A stretch of DNA of 63,814 nt, counting the filler, from Octopus bimaculoides (lineage: Eukaryota), in the NCBI RefSeq assembly GCF_001194135.2. It is 5 parts of 4 records of this genome, joined end to end, with 100 filler letters (N's around TTAATTAATTAA, not from the genome) between each part and the next. Parts side by side here need not be neighbours in the genome. Positions count along the whole stretch, not along the records: positions 24,964 to 54,860 come from NC_068985.1; 4 more parts are not named here. One strand, 5' to 3'. The translations under genes were made by a program, and so were the position numbers. Each line of letters begins with the position of its first letter. Within the stretch, counting starts at the first letter, position 1. The notes below the pieces were generated by a model. That model did no database searches, was not told the origin of the DNA, and saw nothing but the letters and a program-made list of their open reading frames with translations. This document shows, in pieces, positions 25,014 through 37,500 of this stretch.

Positions 25014-27017
25014 TTCTCTCAAGAAAGAAAACGGCTGTCATCTAAAAGACAGTTCCCTTAGTGAATTTTTGACAATTAAGCGAGATGAGAACTTAATAAA
25101 ACGCCCAGTGTATTTCACTATCCTGTTTTATAGATTAACTTACTGCCTAGACATTTAAGCAGAATAAACTACCGTCCTTATATGATTACTATAGATACGA
25201 CTCAGAACCTATAATTTCAAATGTATCTGTTTTGAAATAACTGTTTTAATACGTTATAAATTTCCTACGAATAGCATTAAACATTGTTTTACTACAGATT
25301 ATTGAGTATTCTTCTTACTTTGATATTTTGCGACAACTGTTGATTGCCGATTATATTACACCTTCTGCAGTATCACAGAAATAACAACCAAATCAAGTCA
25401 AACCACATACAGTGGTTTAGAACTAGGACTATTAGACATTCTAGTCCTAAGGATGGTCAAGACTGGAATGTCTTCGATTATAAGTCAGCTTAATTGGAGT
25501 TGACCAGGACTGGATAAACAACAACAATAGAGAATTATAAATTCACGTTCAGTGTGGGCGTCGGATTTAATATACATTCAGAGAAGGCATCGTTAGATCA
25601 TTTGACAAAATTGCCTGCGCGATTGGTTCCAGCTCTAACGCTTTCTCTTCTAATCCAGGTTGACGTAGTGCGGGTCATTTTATGGCCTTGAGTTTATGCT
25701 AGAAACAATTATCGGCATATAGACATTACAACATGTCTTTAAACTTTTTAAACAGCTTTCTGCTCAATCTATATTACGAAGAATCGCTTGTAAAATGTGA
25801 CGCGATTTGACAGTCTAATCACAGCTTTCCAATTTGATTTTTAGAAACTATTGATATACAAATTCTTCCTGCAAGTCTCATCAAGACTTGCTTTCTAACA
25901 ATTTTCAGACCGCATGCTCTCAGTTTTTCTTACAGGTCTCGTTTTTCTAACAGATCTTGTTTCTTACAGATTTTGCTTCCAAATAATAAAAATGTATGTT
26001 TCATCCGTTAACATTTTCGCTGGCTGGTCTTACTATAAAGCAAGATACAACAACAGTAAAATATTTTATAATGCAATTAATGCACGGAGTAACGCAAGAG
26101 ACTGACACATTAAGGAAACGTTTCCCATCCACTAGAGATTCCATGAGAGGTCACTAAGGTTCCGCGGGAAACAGAGATACATATGCTAATTATATGTAAA
26201 TACATATTTGAGTCTTTTTTTTTTTTTTTTTTGTAATTTTATTACATACATACGGCATATTCGAAATTACTGGCATCTGTAGGTTATAAGGAAAAAGACC
26301 CCTTGACAAGGGATCATAGGCAAATTTGGTCCAAAAAGTCTTGGTTAAGACGAAATTTCTTAAACTTTTTTTGTAGTGTCTGATGAATTTTCATTGCTAA
26401 TCTTTTCAAAGACAGTTTTATGTCTTGTTTAATCTTACGAAATTTAACTTCATGAAAGTAAAAGGAAGGTATTAATAAAAATATATGNNNNNNNNNNNNN
26501 NNNNNNNNNNNNNNNNNNNNNNNNNNNNNNNNNNNNNNNNNNNNNNNNNNNNNNNNNNNNNNNNNNNNNNNNNNNNNNNNNNNNNNNNNNNNNNNNNNNN
26601 NNNNNNNNNNNNNNNNNNNNNNNNNNNNNNNNNNNNNNNNNNNNNNNNNNNNNNNNNNNNNNNNNNNNNNNNNNNNNNNNNNNNNNNNNNNNNNNNNNNN
26701 NNNNNNNNNNNNNNNNNNNNNNNNNNNNNNNNNNNNNNNNNNNNNNNNNNNNNNNNNNNNNNNNNNNNNNNNNNNNNNNNNNNNNNNNNNNNNNNNNNNN
26801 NNNNNNNNNNNNNNNNNNNNNNNNNNNNNNNNNNNNNNNNNNNNNNNNNNNNNNNNNNNNNNNNNNNNNNNNNNNNNNNNNNNNNNNNNNNNNNNNNNNN
26901 NNNNNNNNNNNNNNNNNNNNNNNNNNNNNNNNNNNNNNNNNNNNNNNNNNNNNNNNNNNNNNNNNNNNNNNNNNNNNNNNNNNNNNNNNNNNNNNNNNNN
27001 NNNNNNNNNNNNNNNNN

Positions 27018-28054
27018 AATTTTATGGTGACGATACACCATCATACGACATAGTCAAGCACTGACATCACCAGTTCAAATGTGGTCGGGCATCGGTGGAA
27101 ACTGCTCCTATTCCTGGACGATCACATTCCGCCTTTGATGACGACACTCGCCATAAAGTGGAAGCCGCCATTTTGGAGGATCGCCGCATAACTATTTGGC
27201 AACTAGCCCAAGAAGTGAAGATAAGTGTAGGGTCCGTGGAAAAAAATCATTCATGACCATTTTCATATGCGGAAATTGTCTGCACTATGGATTCCCTGGA
27301 TGCTCACACCTTTTCAGAAGTAGGAACGAGTCAATTGCTCCCAGGCTCTTTTGGTAATGTGCCAAGAAAATGAGGAGGACGTTTTCGGCTGACTTATCAC
27401 AGATTGAAACATGGGCCCATCATTATGATCCTCAGACTGAAATCCACTCGAAGCAATGGAAGTTTGATAACTCACCACCTCCAAAGATGGCTCGTGTCCA
27501 ACCCTCAGCATGCAAGATGATGCTCAGTCTTTTGAGACCAGCGCAGAGTAGTAATGATGGATTTTCTGGCAAAGGGCATCACAATTAATAGGGCATATTA
27601 TGCTTCTTTGCTACAGAAATTACGGGACACCGTCAAAGCAGAGAGGTGTGGCATGCTGACCAAAGGAGCCCGCTTCCTCCAAGACAACGCCCCACTTCAC
27701 ATTGTGCATGTTGCCCAGATGAAAGCACACTCCTGTGACTATGAAATCCTTCCTCACCCCACTTACTCTTCCGACCTCGCACCATCTGACTTCCACCCCT
27801 TTCCAACCATGAAGTCTTTTTTGAAGAGGAAGCACTTTTCGGATGACGATGAACTTATTTCCGAACTAAAATCTTGGGTCCAGACGCAACCTCCGACTTC
27901 TACAGACGAGGTCTTCACAGCTGCATAAAGCGATGGGAGAAGTGTGTCACCATTAGTGGTAGCTATATAGAGAAGGACTAATAATTATGCCAAGTTTCGT
28001 TTATCCCAGTCCTTGGGAAGTGGGTCAGGGGAAACCTTTAATGAGCACTCCTCG
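27018..28054 (+). mobile_element. mariner transposon (DD34D), degenerate; 5' end lies in the gap
   Basis: ETWAHHYDP, QDNAPLH and HPTYSSDLAPSDFHPF, with 34 residues between the last two D. Right end ...ATGAGCACTCCTCG followed by TA (28055-28056). Confidence 0.93.
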
Positions 28055-29789
28055 TATACTACAATATTCCTCTAATAGCTTTCTTTTGTTTGGTTTGGTT
28101 TTTAAATTCTTTTAATTTGTAATATTTTTGGCATTAATATAATTCAAAGAATACTACAATATTTTGTATATTTTGTTAAATGTGATACTTGACGGATGGA
28201 GCAAATAGAATTAATGTCAAATCAGCTTCTTTAAATATATAACAATAGACCTAACTACTTAGAAAGTAATTAGACAGAACAGTACATAGCAGAAGGCTGT
28301 AATAATTAGCACACTAAATTGAATGTGTTGTCTAGATCGCCTTTAAACTGTTATTAACGTCCAGAGATACTTTACCATATTGACGAAACGTGTTGGTTAA
28401 GCACTGACGGCTGACGAAATGATCGCCTGCATCAGTGAATGGCACTACTGCATCCGTGATTTCATCGTTCTATGCGTCATCAGCGGCAGCCAAGACTCAC
28501 ATCGAATGCCAGAGCAAAAATCAGTCAAACGATATGTATTATAATGGCCAAATAGCTAGTGATGCCTGGCCGTAGATAGACAGAATATTTTTGAAAGGCA
28601 TATGGAAACGTTACTGCCAATAAAAGTGAACGATCAAAAACAAGGGACCAAAAAAGAAATACAAGTTATATCAGTCATAAAACTTGACTAAAACCGAACG
28701 ATGAATAACTTTTAAAATCAGAAAAATATATTCTGAGAAATTGCAAGATGTTGTTATTTAACCCCAGGTTAGCTCTGATCCAGCAGACGTTCAAGTCACA
28801 ACCATTAAGTCTTTTGAGAAATACATTATCCAGCGTGTTCTTTTTTTAAGACAGTCAGCTATAATTCTAAGCAAATTTGCTATTTCTAGCAGAACGAGCA
28901 ATTACGATAAGAAATGTTGATTGACATGGTTGAATGTTAAATGATGTAGTGTGAGATGATGTTATTTTGTGTAGCCAGTGAGTAAAGTGATGGTAGTGGA
29001 TTTGCTTCTATGGAAAGGCGCTATGGGAATATGTTATTGTGACGTTGTACGTTTAAGATATTAAATGTACATCTAAATTGTCTGTACGCTGTAGTTTAAT
29101 ATATGTACATATCAGGAATTTTTTTCTGTTTAGAAAAATGAAGGGCAAAGAAATTATCAGGTTTTCAGGGATGCAGCTGACAACTATACCGCGTTCCCCG
29201 AGAAGTTCAACAAGGAATCAATGGTCTCCAGTGGATATCTCTTGTAGTCTGTATTTTCTAGGGAAGGAAAGCAGTCACGAACTGGTGATTATGATGCAAA
29301 AAGAGATAGAGCGAACAACCGAAGCATTACTCTTGCGTTAGAAGTCCCAGAATTATCTGGCGGAGAAATTCTGCGGGAAAATCTTTTTTCACTAATACTT
29401 GCAAACAATTACTGCAGCTGCGTCCCATGGTGTATACAAGAATCAGGTCATGTTATTATCAAACCATGTGCCTTTTATGAGAGCTCACAGCAGTGGATCC
29501 TTTCAAAAATATGTAAAAACAAGATGGTACTTGACAGATCATCGAGTTAATTTCTTCCAAAAGCCAGATTAAGAAAAATCTTCAGGAAATCATGAATATT
29601 AAATTATATATTGTTTATTATTGACTAAATATAGGTTTGGCCTTCCGAGATGTTGTTAGCTGAGTTAGTTGACTGTCGATAATTTGATGTTATCCGAGGA
29701 TGAGTTTGTTCAAGTGCTAGTAATAATGTGCAAGTGACGTGACAGCTTTCTTTTCAAACTTTATTCACTTGTTTATCTTTCAGCCTAAC

Positions 29790-30445
29790 GCAATTCACCT
29801 ACTTTGCGGGTTCTCTCGCAGCATCGATCCTTTCCAGCCGGGATATATCTGTAGGAACCCTACCTGCCGAACCTCTGACCAGAACACAGCGGCAAATTCT
29901 CTCAACTCACGAGATCACACACGTTTGACAGCCTCATGACGAAAGAGAACCCACACTGTGTTGCTTTCACTCACGTGACTTCCCTCGCTCCTAAGCCGTT
30001 CGCGTTACGTCACTGACCCTATACTTTCGATTCATCTCGTCCCCCCCCCCCCNNNNNNNNNNNNNNNNNNNNNNNNNNNNNNNNNNNNNNNNNNNNNNNN
30101 NNNNNNNNNNNNNNNNNNNNNNNNNNNNNNNNNNNNNNNNNNNNNNNNNNNNNNNNNNNNNNNNNNNNNNNNNNNNNNNNNNNNNNNNNNNNNNNNNNNN
30201 NNNNNNNNNNNNNNNNNNNNNNNNNNNNNNNNNNNNNNNNNNNNNNNNNNNNNNNNNNNNNNNNNNNNNNNNNNNNNNNNNNNNNNNNNNNNNNNNNNNN
30301 NNNNNNNNNNNNNNNNNNNNNNNNNNNNNNNNNNNNNNNNNNNNNNNNNNNNNNNNNNNNNNNNNNNNNNNNNNNNNNNNNNNNNNNNNNNNNNNNNNNN
30401 NNNNNNNNNNNNNNNNNNNNNNNNNNNNNNNNNNNNNNNNNNNNN

Positions 30446-30476
<31 letters not shown>

Positions 30477-32476
30477 CTCTCTTCCACAAGTCGCTGTGAT
30501 ACCGTACATGGCTGTCGCTTTTCATATCTGAGTATCGCTCTTTCTAGCACCGATTCTTCAGCCTTACCTGACGCGGCGACATATACCAAAATACTGCCTC
30601 AATTGGTGAGATATGTCTCTTCTCCACCATGGCCTTGATGATGCGATGGTGTCTCTTCGCGATTCCATTTCCACTCGGGCTATACACCGTTCTGAAGAAG
30701 CGGTTCACGTTCCACTTAGCAAGCATTTCCTTCAGAGTCTCCGAACGAAATGCAGTGTCGTTGCTCATCAGCAATTCATCTACAGGGCCCCGCTCCAGCA
30801 ATATCTCGTTCAGGATTCGGGCAGCTTCGTCTGGAGTCCCCATCTTAATTTCCCTCCATATCGTTATCCTCCCCGGTCTGCAGTCGACCATCGAGAGATA
30901 TGTCCCCTGCCGGTAGTGCGTCACATCCGCTGCCAATCGCTTCCAGTTGTGTTCCCCTGAGATGTTTCTCGCCTTGTACACACCCAGAGTGGGGTCAGTG
31001 GATTGACACCTGTCACAAAGCCCGACCAATTTCTGAACGCTCGTCAAGTAACGTTGGAGTCAACTTTCCTGGTTAGATACAGGGTCCTATCCACTCCCAT
31101 ATGATGCATGGTATGCAATCTTCTGAGCTCCGAGTTACTTAGCCGACACACGGCACTTATCCGCCGCCCCGAATCCTCTGGCACCGCTAACCAGGCTTTC
31201 TTCATCCTGGTTAGGATGTCTGTCTATTCCTTTCCGAGGGCACAATGATCGCGCTCAATTTCAAGCAGAATTCAGCAGCTAGCTCTCCCAGAATCCCTAA
31301 AAGGCGCTTTATTAATGTCTCTGCCGCCTCTTTCGTTCGTACTCTCCTCTCATCGGCGATCACTGATCCCACCCATCCAACTACGCAGTCCCCATCTCAG
31401 GATCAGATTCACTCCCTTCAGCATTGCATCCAATTCAGCGACGTTGATTGATGGTAGTCATCCGTTTTTCTGAGCCAGGCTGTATCCTCCGCTTCGACAC
31501 CCACTATTTCCAGAATGATCCCTATCTCTATACTACTAGCATCGTACTATATGGTCCCGTTCTACAATTTGGGCACATACAAGCTTCCTATTTCTGGGTC
31601 TTCTGCTCTTACCCTCTCTAGGACCTCTCACATCATAGCCATTGTCTTCTCTCCCACTGTGTCCACCCAGTTTGCTCCGTCCGCTCGTCTTTTGTCGTAG
31701 CTACATGCTGTTCGGAGTCACCCCGCGATTAGATACTGACCCACCAGTCTCCCACACATCGAGAACGGTCCTCGTTTGTTCACGCTGGTGCCCAGTACCG
31801 GAATCTCGTTTCCTCTCCGAAATACCAACACACCCACCTTGTCTCCCTGCAGCTTGAGCCCCAATGAAAGCTCCTCCTACTATCGCCTCCCGATGTTTCA
31901 CATTAAGTCCTAACTTACTTATCTTAGTTTGGCAAACGCAGATTATGGACCTCTTATAAACGCTTTCTTTAAGCGTCGTTCGACCTTCTCAGCATCCAGT
32001 TCGCTTCGTCCATTTGGAGGTACAGAGCCAACGCGTTTCCCTTCAAATACAGTGCTATGAGACCTGTCACATTCTCAATGTCTTGCAGTCTGACCACCAC
32101 CCTGATCTTCCGAATCCAAGCAAAAACATCTTTCTCGCCACAGAAGGGTCAGATGGCATTGCTACTGGACCTTATTTTCTGACATATCGTAGAAAAAGTG
32201 CACGCCAGCCGAAGAAGCTTATGGTATAGAGGGAGAAAAGCACAGTTTACCTACCACGCGAGTTCTCACGCAGCGTCGATCCTTTCCAACTGGGATATAG
32301 CCGTAGGAACCCTGCCTGCCTAACCTCTGCCTAGAACCTAACTTCAAATTCCCTCAACTCACGCGGCGAAGCACATCCGTCCGAACAGCCCCAAGGCGAG
32401 AGAGAGCCATCATAGTCCTGCCTCTGCTCACGTGACCTCCCTCGCTCCTCTGCTTCCAGTTCACCTCATCTCCGCA
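29790..32476 (-). mobile_element. Gypsy element with two diverged LTRs (~29790-30041 and ~32240-32476) and an internally deleted gag-RNase H-integrase
   Basis: The LTRs share ACCTAC..GCG.GTTCTC.CGCAGC.TCGATCCTTTCCA.C.GGGATATA..GTAGGAACCCT. A poly-G tract at 30042-30052 is in the PPT position and the 5' LTR starts TG at 32476. Integrase ORF 30544-31047 (ADVTHY...MVDC, SNDTAF, SPSGNGIA); RNase H DASS...WLRK; RT appears deleted. Confidence 0.88.
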
Positions 32477-32692
32477 ATTATCAAACAATGTGCCTTTTAT
32501 GAGTAGTGGACCGTGACAAAAATACGTATAAGTAAGATAGTACTTGAAGGGTCATCGAGTCAAGCCTATCACAAGCGTGGTTGCGAAAGATCTTCAGGAA
32601 ACCATGAATATTAAATAATATATTGTTTATTATTTACTTAAATATAGATTTGGCTTTCCGAGAGATTAATTGAGTTAGTTGACAGTCAATAA

Positions 32693-33128
32693 CACTGTAT
32701 GACATTTTTTTGTCTCTGGTCGGTAAGTGTTAATTGCTTCTATTTAGAAATCAAAGGAAATGACCAAAATTCCCTTCAAACTTTGCTGTTGTGATTTGGA
32801 TATCAATGTTTTTGAACTGACCTATTTTCCACTACATTTCAGACAGATTCAGCGCTGAGTTGCTGAAGCAAAAATATCGTTATAGCAAATATTCTGCTCA
32901 GTACCACAGATTTGCTTTAACCACTTGAGCATTCCACAATATGTGCATCTCTGATCATGATCAGGAGTAGTGGGGAAGCATCATATATTGAGAGGGATTC
33001 TTTGGGGCTGAATGAATGTAACAAAAACAAACTTTGAAGGAAATATTAGCCATTTTTCATACATTGTAGGGGCAAGCAAATACAGAATAAGAGTTGCTAC
33101 CCAAGGACAAAAATCGTGTTACACAGTG
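32693..33128. mobile_element. 436-bp MITE with CACTG termini and 3-bp TAA TSD (CMC superfamily, Chapaev3-like)
   Basis: Left end CACTGTATGACATTTTTTTGTC; the right end reverse-complements to CACTGTGTAACACGATTTTTGTC. TAA at 32690-32692 and 33129-33131. The paralogous empty site near 29675-29690 has one TAA. Confidence 0.85.
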
Positions 33129-33437
33129 TAATTTGATGTTATCAGAGGATGTGTTCGTTCAGGTGCTAATGATAACATGCAAGCGATAGCTTTCTTCTAA
33201 ATCTTTATTCACTTGTTTATCTTTCAGCCTCTGGCCAACTGAATGATAAAATACAGATAACAAAGGAAATTGATGTTTGGTTTTTTTTTCATAAACCGAA
33301 CAGGAAGTGCATAGTTTTCTTAACATTTAAATTTCAACTTCAGCGTAAGAGCTGTGAAACATTCAATCACTGTCTGTATCTACATTTGTGACTCTGTTTA
33401 TCTCTTTATGCATTTCTATAACTTCTATCTCCCTTCT

Positions 33438-33497
<60 letters not shown>

Positions 33498-33550
33498 AAT
33501 GGAACAAAAACGCAATAAAGGGCATTAAAACGTTCGGACAAACAGACGAC

Positions 33551-34612
33551 ACAAAGGCGGACAAAAGAAACAACAATTAGAAGGACAGGTAAAAAAAGAC
33601 AGGTCATTTTTGGCTTTTTTTTCATTAGTCAAGTACCAGAAGTCACGACCATTTCGGACAATTACACTTGAGATGGTTCGATCTGGTTGTCCCCCAAAAA
33701 GTCTAAGCTAAGTGCTTTAGACCTTTTTGTAAGAAAGCTAGCGAATGTGTACGGCAACAAAGACGAAAAAAAAAAACAGAGAACACGGAACACAATTATG
33801 AATAAAACAACAAGAAATAACAACATGCGTCTTTCGACTGAGAACCATTCAAATTGAGCTGGTGTGTATGAAGTATAGTAGGTATGGATCCATACCTACT
33901 ATAAGGTGAGCACAAGAATGTACGTACGCCGCTATATCTATCTATCTNNNNNNNNNNNNNNNNNNNNNNNNNNNNNNNNNNNNNNNNNNNNNNNNNNNNN
34001 NNNNNNNNNNNNNNNNNNNNNNNNNNNNNNNNNNNNNNNNNNNNNNNNNNNNNNNNNNNNNNNNNNNNNNNNNNNNNNNNNNNNNNNNNNNNNNNNNNNN
34101 NNNNNNNNNNNNNNNNNNNNNNNNNNNNNNNNNNNNNNNNNNNNNNNNNNNNNNNNNNNNNNNNNNNNNNNNNNNNNNNNNNNNNNNNNNNNNNNNNNNN
34201 NNNNNNNNNNNNNNNNNNNNNNNNNNNNNNNNNNNNNNNNNNNNNNNNNNNNNNNNNNNNNNNNNNNNNNNNNNNNNNNNNNNNNNNNNNNNNNNNNNNN
34301 NNNNNNNNNNNNNNNNNNNNNNNNNNNNNNNNNNNNNNNNNNNNNNNNNNNNNNNNNNNNNNNNNNNNNNNNNNNNNNNNNNNNNNNNNNNNNNNNNNNN
34401 NNNNNNNNNNNNNNNNNNNNNNNNNNNNNNNNNNNNNNNNNNNNNNNACAAAGGCAGACAAGAGAAACAACAATTAGAAGGACAGGCAAAAAACGACGGG
34501 TCATTCTTGGCTTTTTTTTTCATCAGTCAAGTACCAGAAGTCACGACCATTTCGAACAGTTACACTTGAGAAGGTTCGATTTAGTTGTTCTAAAAAAAAG
34601 TCTGAACTAAGA
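33551..34612. repeat. Direct repeat of ~160 bp (33551-33712 and 34448-34612) flanking a gap
   Basis: The copies share AGTCAAGTACCAGAAGTCACGACCATTTCG and differ at about one position in ten by eye. Confidence 0.85.
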
Positions 34613-34624
34613 GTAAGACTACAA

Positions 34625-34800
34625 CCGAAGAATAAGAACGACCTCTCCGACGGGGTTCCACACAGTTTCCGTCTACCAACTATCACTCACAAAGCTTTGG
34701 TCGATTCGATGCTATGTTAGAAGATACATCCCCTCGCAGAAGGATCGAACCCAAAACCACGTAATTGCGAAACAGACTTCTGAGTCACACAACCAGGTAT
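34625..34800 (-). mobile_element. tRNA-derived SINE family C, degenerate
   Basis: TTTCCGTCTACCAA..CACTCACAAAGCTTTGGTCG is the reverse complement of the 50230-50275 core. Confidence 0.75.
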
Positions 34801-35298
34801 TCCCCCTATTTAAGATCAGCCAGTCAACATTTACGACAACTGTATGGATAAGACATTGCTATAATATAAACAGTTTAACGTTAATGTTGATATAAAGGGA
34901 ATGGATTTTTTTTTTATTGGTTGCTTGTTCTATTTTTTTTTAGTTTTTTTTTTAGTTTTCCAGGATCCAATGCTTAGAGTAAGTAAAATCCTAAACGAGA
35001 AAGAAAACACTCGAGAAGTGGAATGCTGAGCATGAAGTGGATAAGAGTATAGATTTTCAACTGATTATAATGAAGATCGTTGATTAAAGAAAGGGGAGAA
35101 TGATTGAGAGAGATAGTAACACCCTAAGGGACATTCTAAGTTGATCGCTCTACAGAGATTAGGTAGGGGCGAGATATTCTGGTAAATAAAAATCTAAATT
35201 CCATAAAATGTAGGTTTAACAATTATATTATCATTGCATACGTTTAGCTGAATTATTTTTATTGGCACTACTCGTACACGAGCGCACAAACACAAACC

Positions 35299-35329
<31 letters not shown>

Positions 35330-35779
35330 GCATTTATGTATGAGTGTGTGCGTCTGTATATATATGTGTGTGTGTACACACACACACACATATCGTTGCT
35401 ATTATGCAAAAGTGTCGTAAGTCCAAGACGTTGCTTTTTTTTCCATAAAAAATAGTTTCACCATTTCATAGCAAAACTGCTATTCTACATTTTGGCAATT
35501 TTTGATATCTTGGCATCTGAAGCAGCTGGAGATACGATAGTTTGCCCAAAAGGACCGGTTATTGCAAGCAAAAATAAATATTGCAAAAAAATCCCAATTT
35601 GGCCAAATTTGGACACACGACAGTTTAACATAATAGCAACGATATCCACACATACGTACGTGTGTGTATGTATATGTGTGTGTGTATGTAGTCTCTTCTA
35701 TTTTTTTAATTAGAATAAATCTTCCACTGAGGAGGGAGCCGGTTTCCAACAAAGATACAAGGCTCTATCTTTGGGATGT

Positions 35780-37500
35780 AGTTAACACAAATTCACATTT
35801 GAAACTTAAGGGAAATCTTGCATGCTTTTACTGTTCCTCTCACAGATTGCACTTGTAATGTACGAATTAGCCGGTTGATTTCTTTCTGAAAATCCCAGTT
35901 TATCCAGATTCTCCTTTAAGCATTTACTAACAAAACCTAGTGCTCCAATTATTATTAGTATGAATATGAATTCATAGTCTGGATATAGAAGCTGAAGGTT
36001 TCGAAGTAGTTGTCCATAGATATCCTCTTTTTCTTTGATTTTCAAAGAGATATTTATATATGCAAGGCAGCTAACCTCTATGATGGTACATACCTTTGCC
36101 CTTCTGTCCCAAACAACAATATCTGGCCTGTTATGCTTACATTTGACAGAAGTCTTGATGGGAATATTCCACCAGCATTCCTTGAGTTGGTGTTTATGAA
36201 TGTATTCCATAACAGAGGAATTTTCTAAGTTTATTTCAGGACAGTCTTTTTTGCAAGTGGCATTGTAAATTGTTTTAACAACAGCATCGTGCCGGATAGA
36301 GAGGTAGTACCGTGATGACATTTTAGAACAACTGCTAATCACATGCGTAATGTCTTCCACAGAAACATGACATAGCCTACACATGCGGTTGCACCTTGGG
36401 ACTGCAAGAGCGTCACTGTCTCTCTTGTTCACCAGATACCTTATTGCAATCTCCTGCTCCTGGATTGCAAACGCATAGCCTTCAAAGTGTGATGTGATGT
36501 AGTGGTCTTGTGTCCAAGAGAGGCTGCGCTTCGTGTCAATTCTACTGTCTTCTTCAAGCTTCCGGACAACATACCCATGCATGTTCTTTTTATTGTATGC
36601 TGAGTGCTTTCCATCCAGGTCTTCTCTGAAGTAAGAGAGCCCGGCTGTTTTGGGGCTGTATAGGAGATCATCAGGAAGGGAGTGTTTCTTGAGGAGTTCA
36701 CTACCTACTCGTACAATGTTGCTCACTTCACTTTTCAGCATTGCATTAATATATTTATTTTTGCTGCTGTTGTTTAGCAGGTGCTGCCTGATGATACCAT
36801 ACAGTATTCGAAGGTCGTTTGCACTGATCTCAAGCCTCTACCACCTTCATTTCTTTTTAGGTAGAACCTATCAACATCACTGTTTCTGTGGAAGTTCCCA
36901 GTTGTTGTCAGGATTTTGTGGGTTTTGATATCTATGGAATGGATTTCCTCTACAGACCAATCAAGTATCCCAAATGTTGGGATCAGCACTGGTACTACAA
37001 TGTATTGTGGGATATTGTTTTGTTATAAGAAGAGAGTTCCGACTGCCACATTTTTCTAAGTCTGGTGTAATATTCTCGGGTCACCCTATCTTTATTTACA
37101 GTGCCTTCATATGATACATTTTCATCTATGCCTAGTTACTTGTAACATTCTTTGTGTGGAATGGGGGAGATAGAGACCGTTGATGCACAGGCTTTGGGTT
37201 TGGGGGACTGACTTTCCTCGTTCTATAACCAAATATGAACATTTCTTTTGGCCAAATTCCATGCCTGTATCAGCTGAAAATGTTTTTTGGCATTGTTAAT
37301 ACTTTTAGCATAAATCTTGAGGTCGTCTACAAAGAAATTATGAATTACATTGATATTTCTAGCAGTTGAAGATCCTAGCATATAACTATTTGTTTTCTGC
37401 AATAAGAATGATAATGGATTCAGTGCCAAAATGAAAAGAAATACAGAAAGACTATCTCCCTGGTTTATTCCTTTTGTAATGCCTATACAATTATTCTATT
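35780..37500 (-). mobile_element. R4/Dong-type non-LTR retrotransposon, 5'-truncated (RT end, CCHC knuckle, RLE endonuclease)
   Basis: RT QGDSLSVFLFILALNPLS and FFVDDLK; LKRNEGGRGL. ORF 35806-36741 carries CRLC..EDITHVISSC, RHD and NRPDIVV..EV...KEK, the RLE-type architecture. Confidence 0.9.

Noticed and set aside
28440-28490. Minus-strand CTGATGA...GAAA resembling a hammerhead core
   Set aside because: The bases that should close stem II (C and T) do not pair, and no convincing stem III or cleavage triplet is present.
29248-29550. About 100-codon stop-free frame without a start codon
   Set aside because: No recognisable motif. Such runs are expected by chance in 64 kb, and the paralogous A' copy has indels in the overlapping part.
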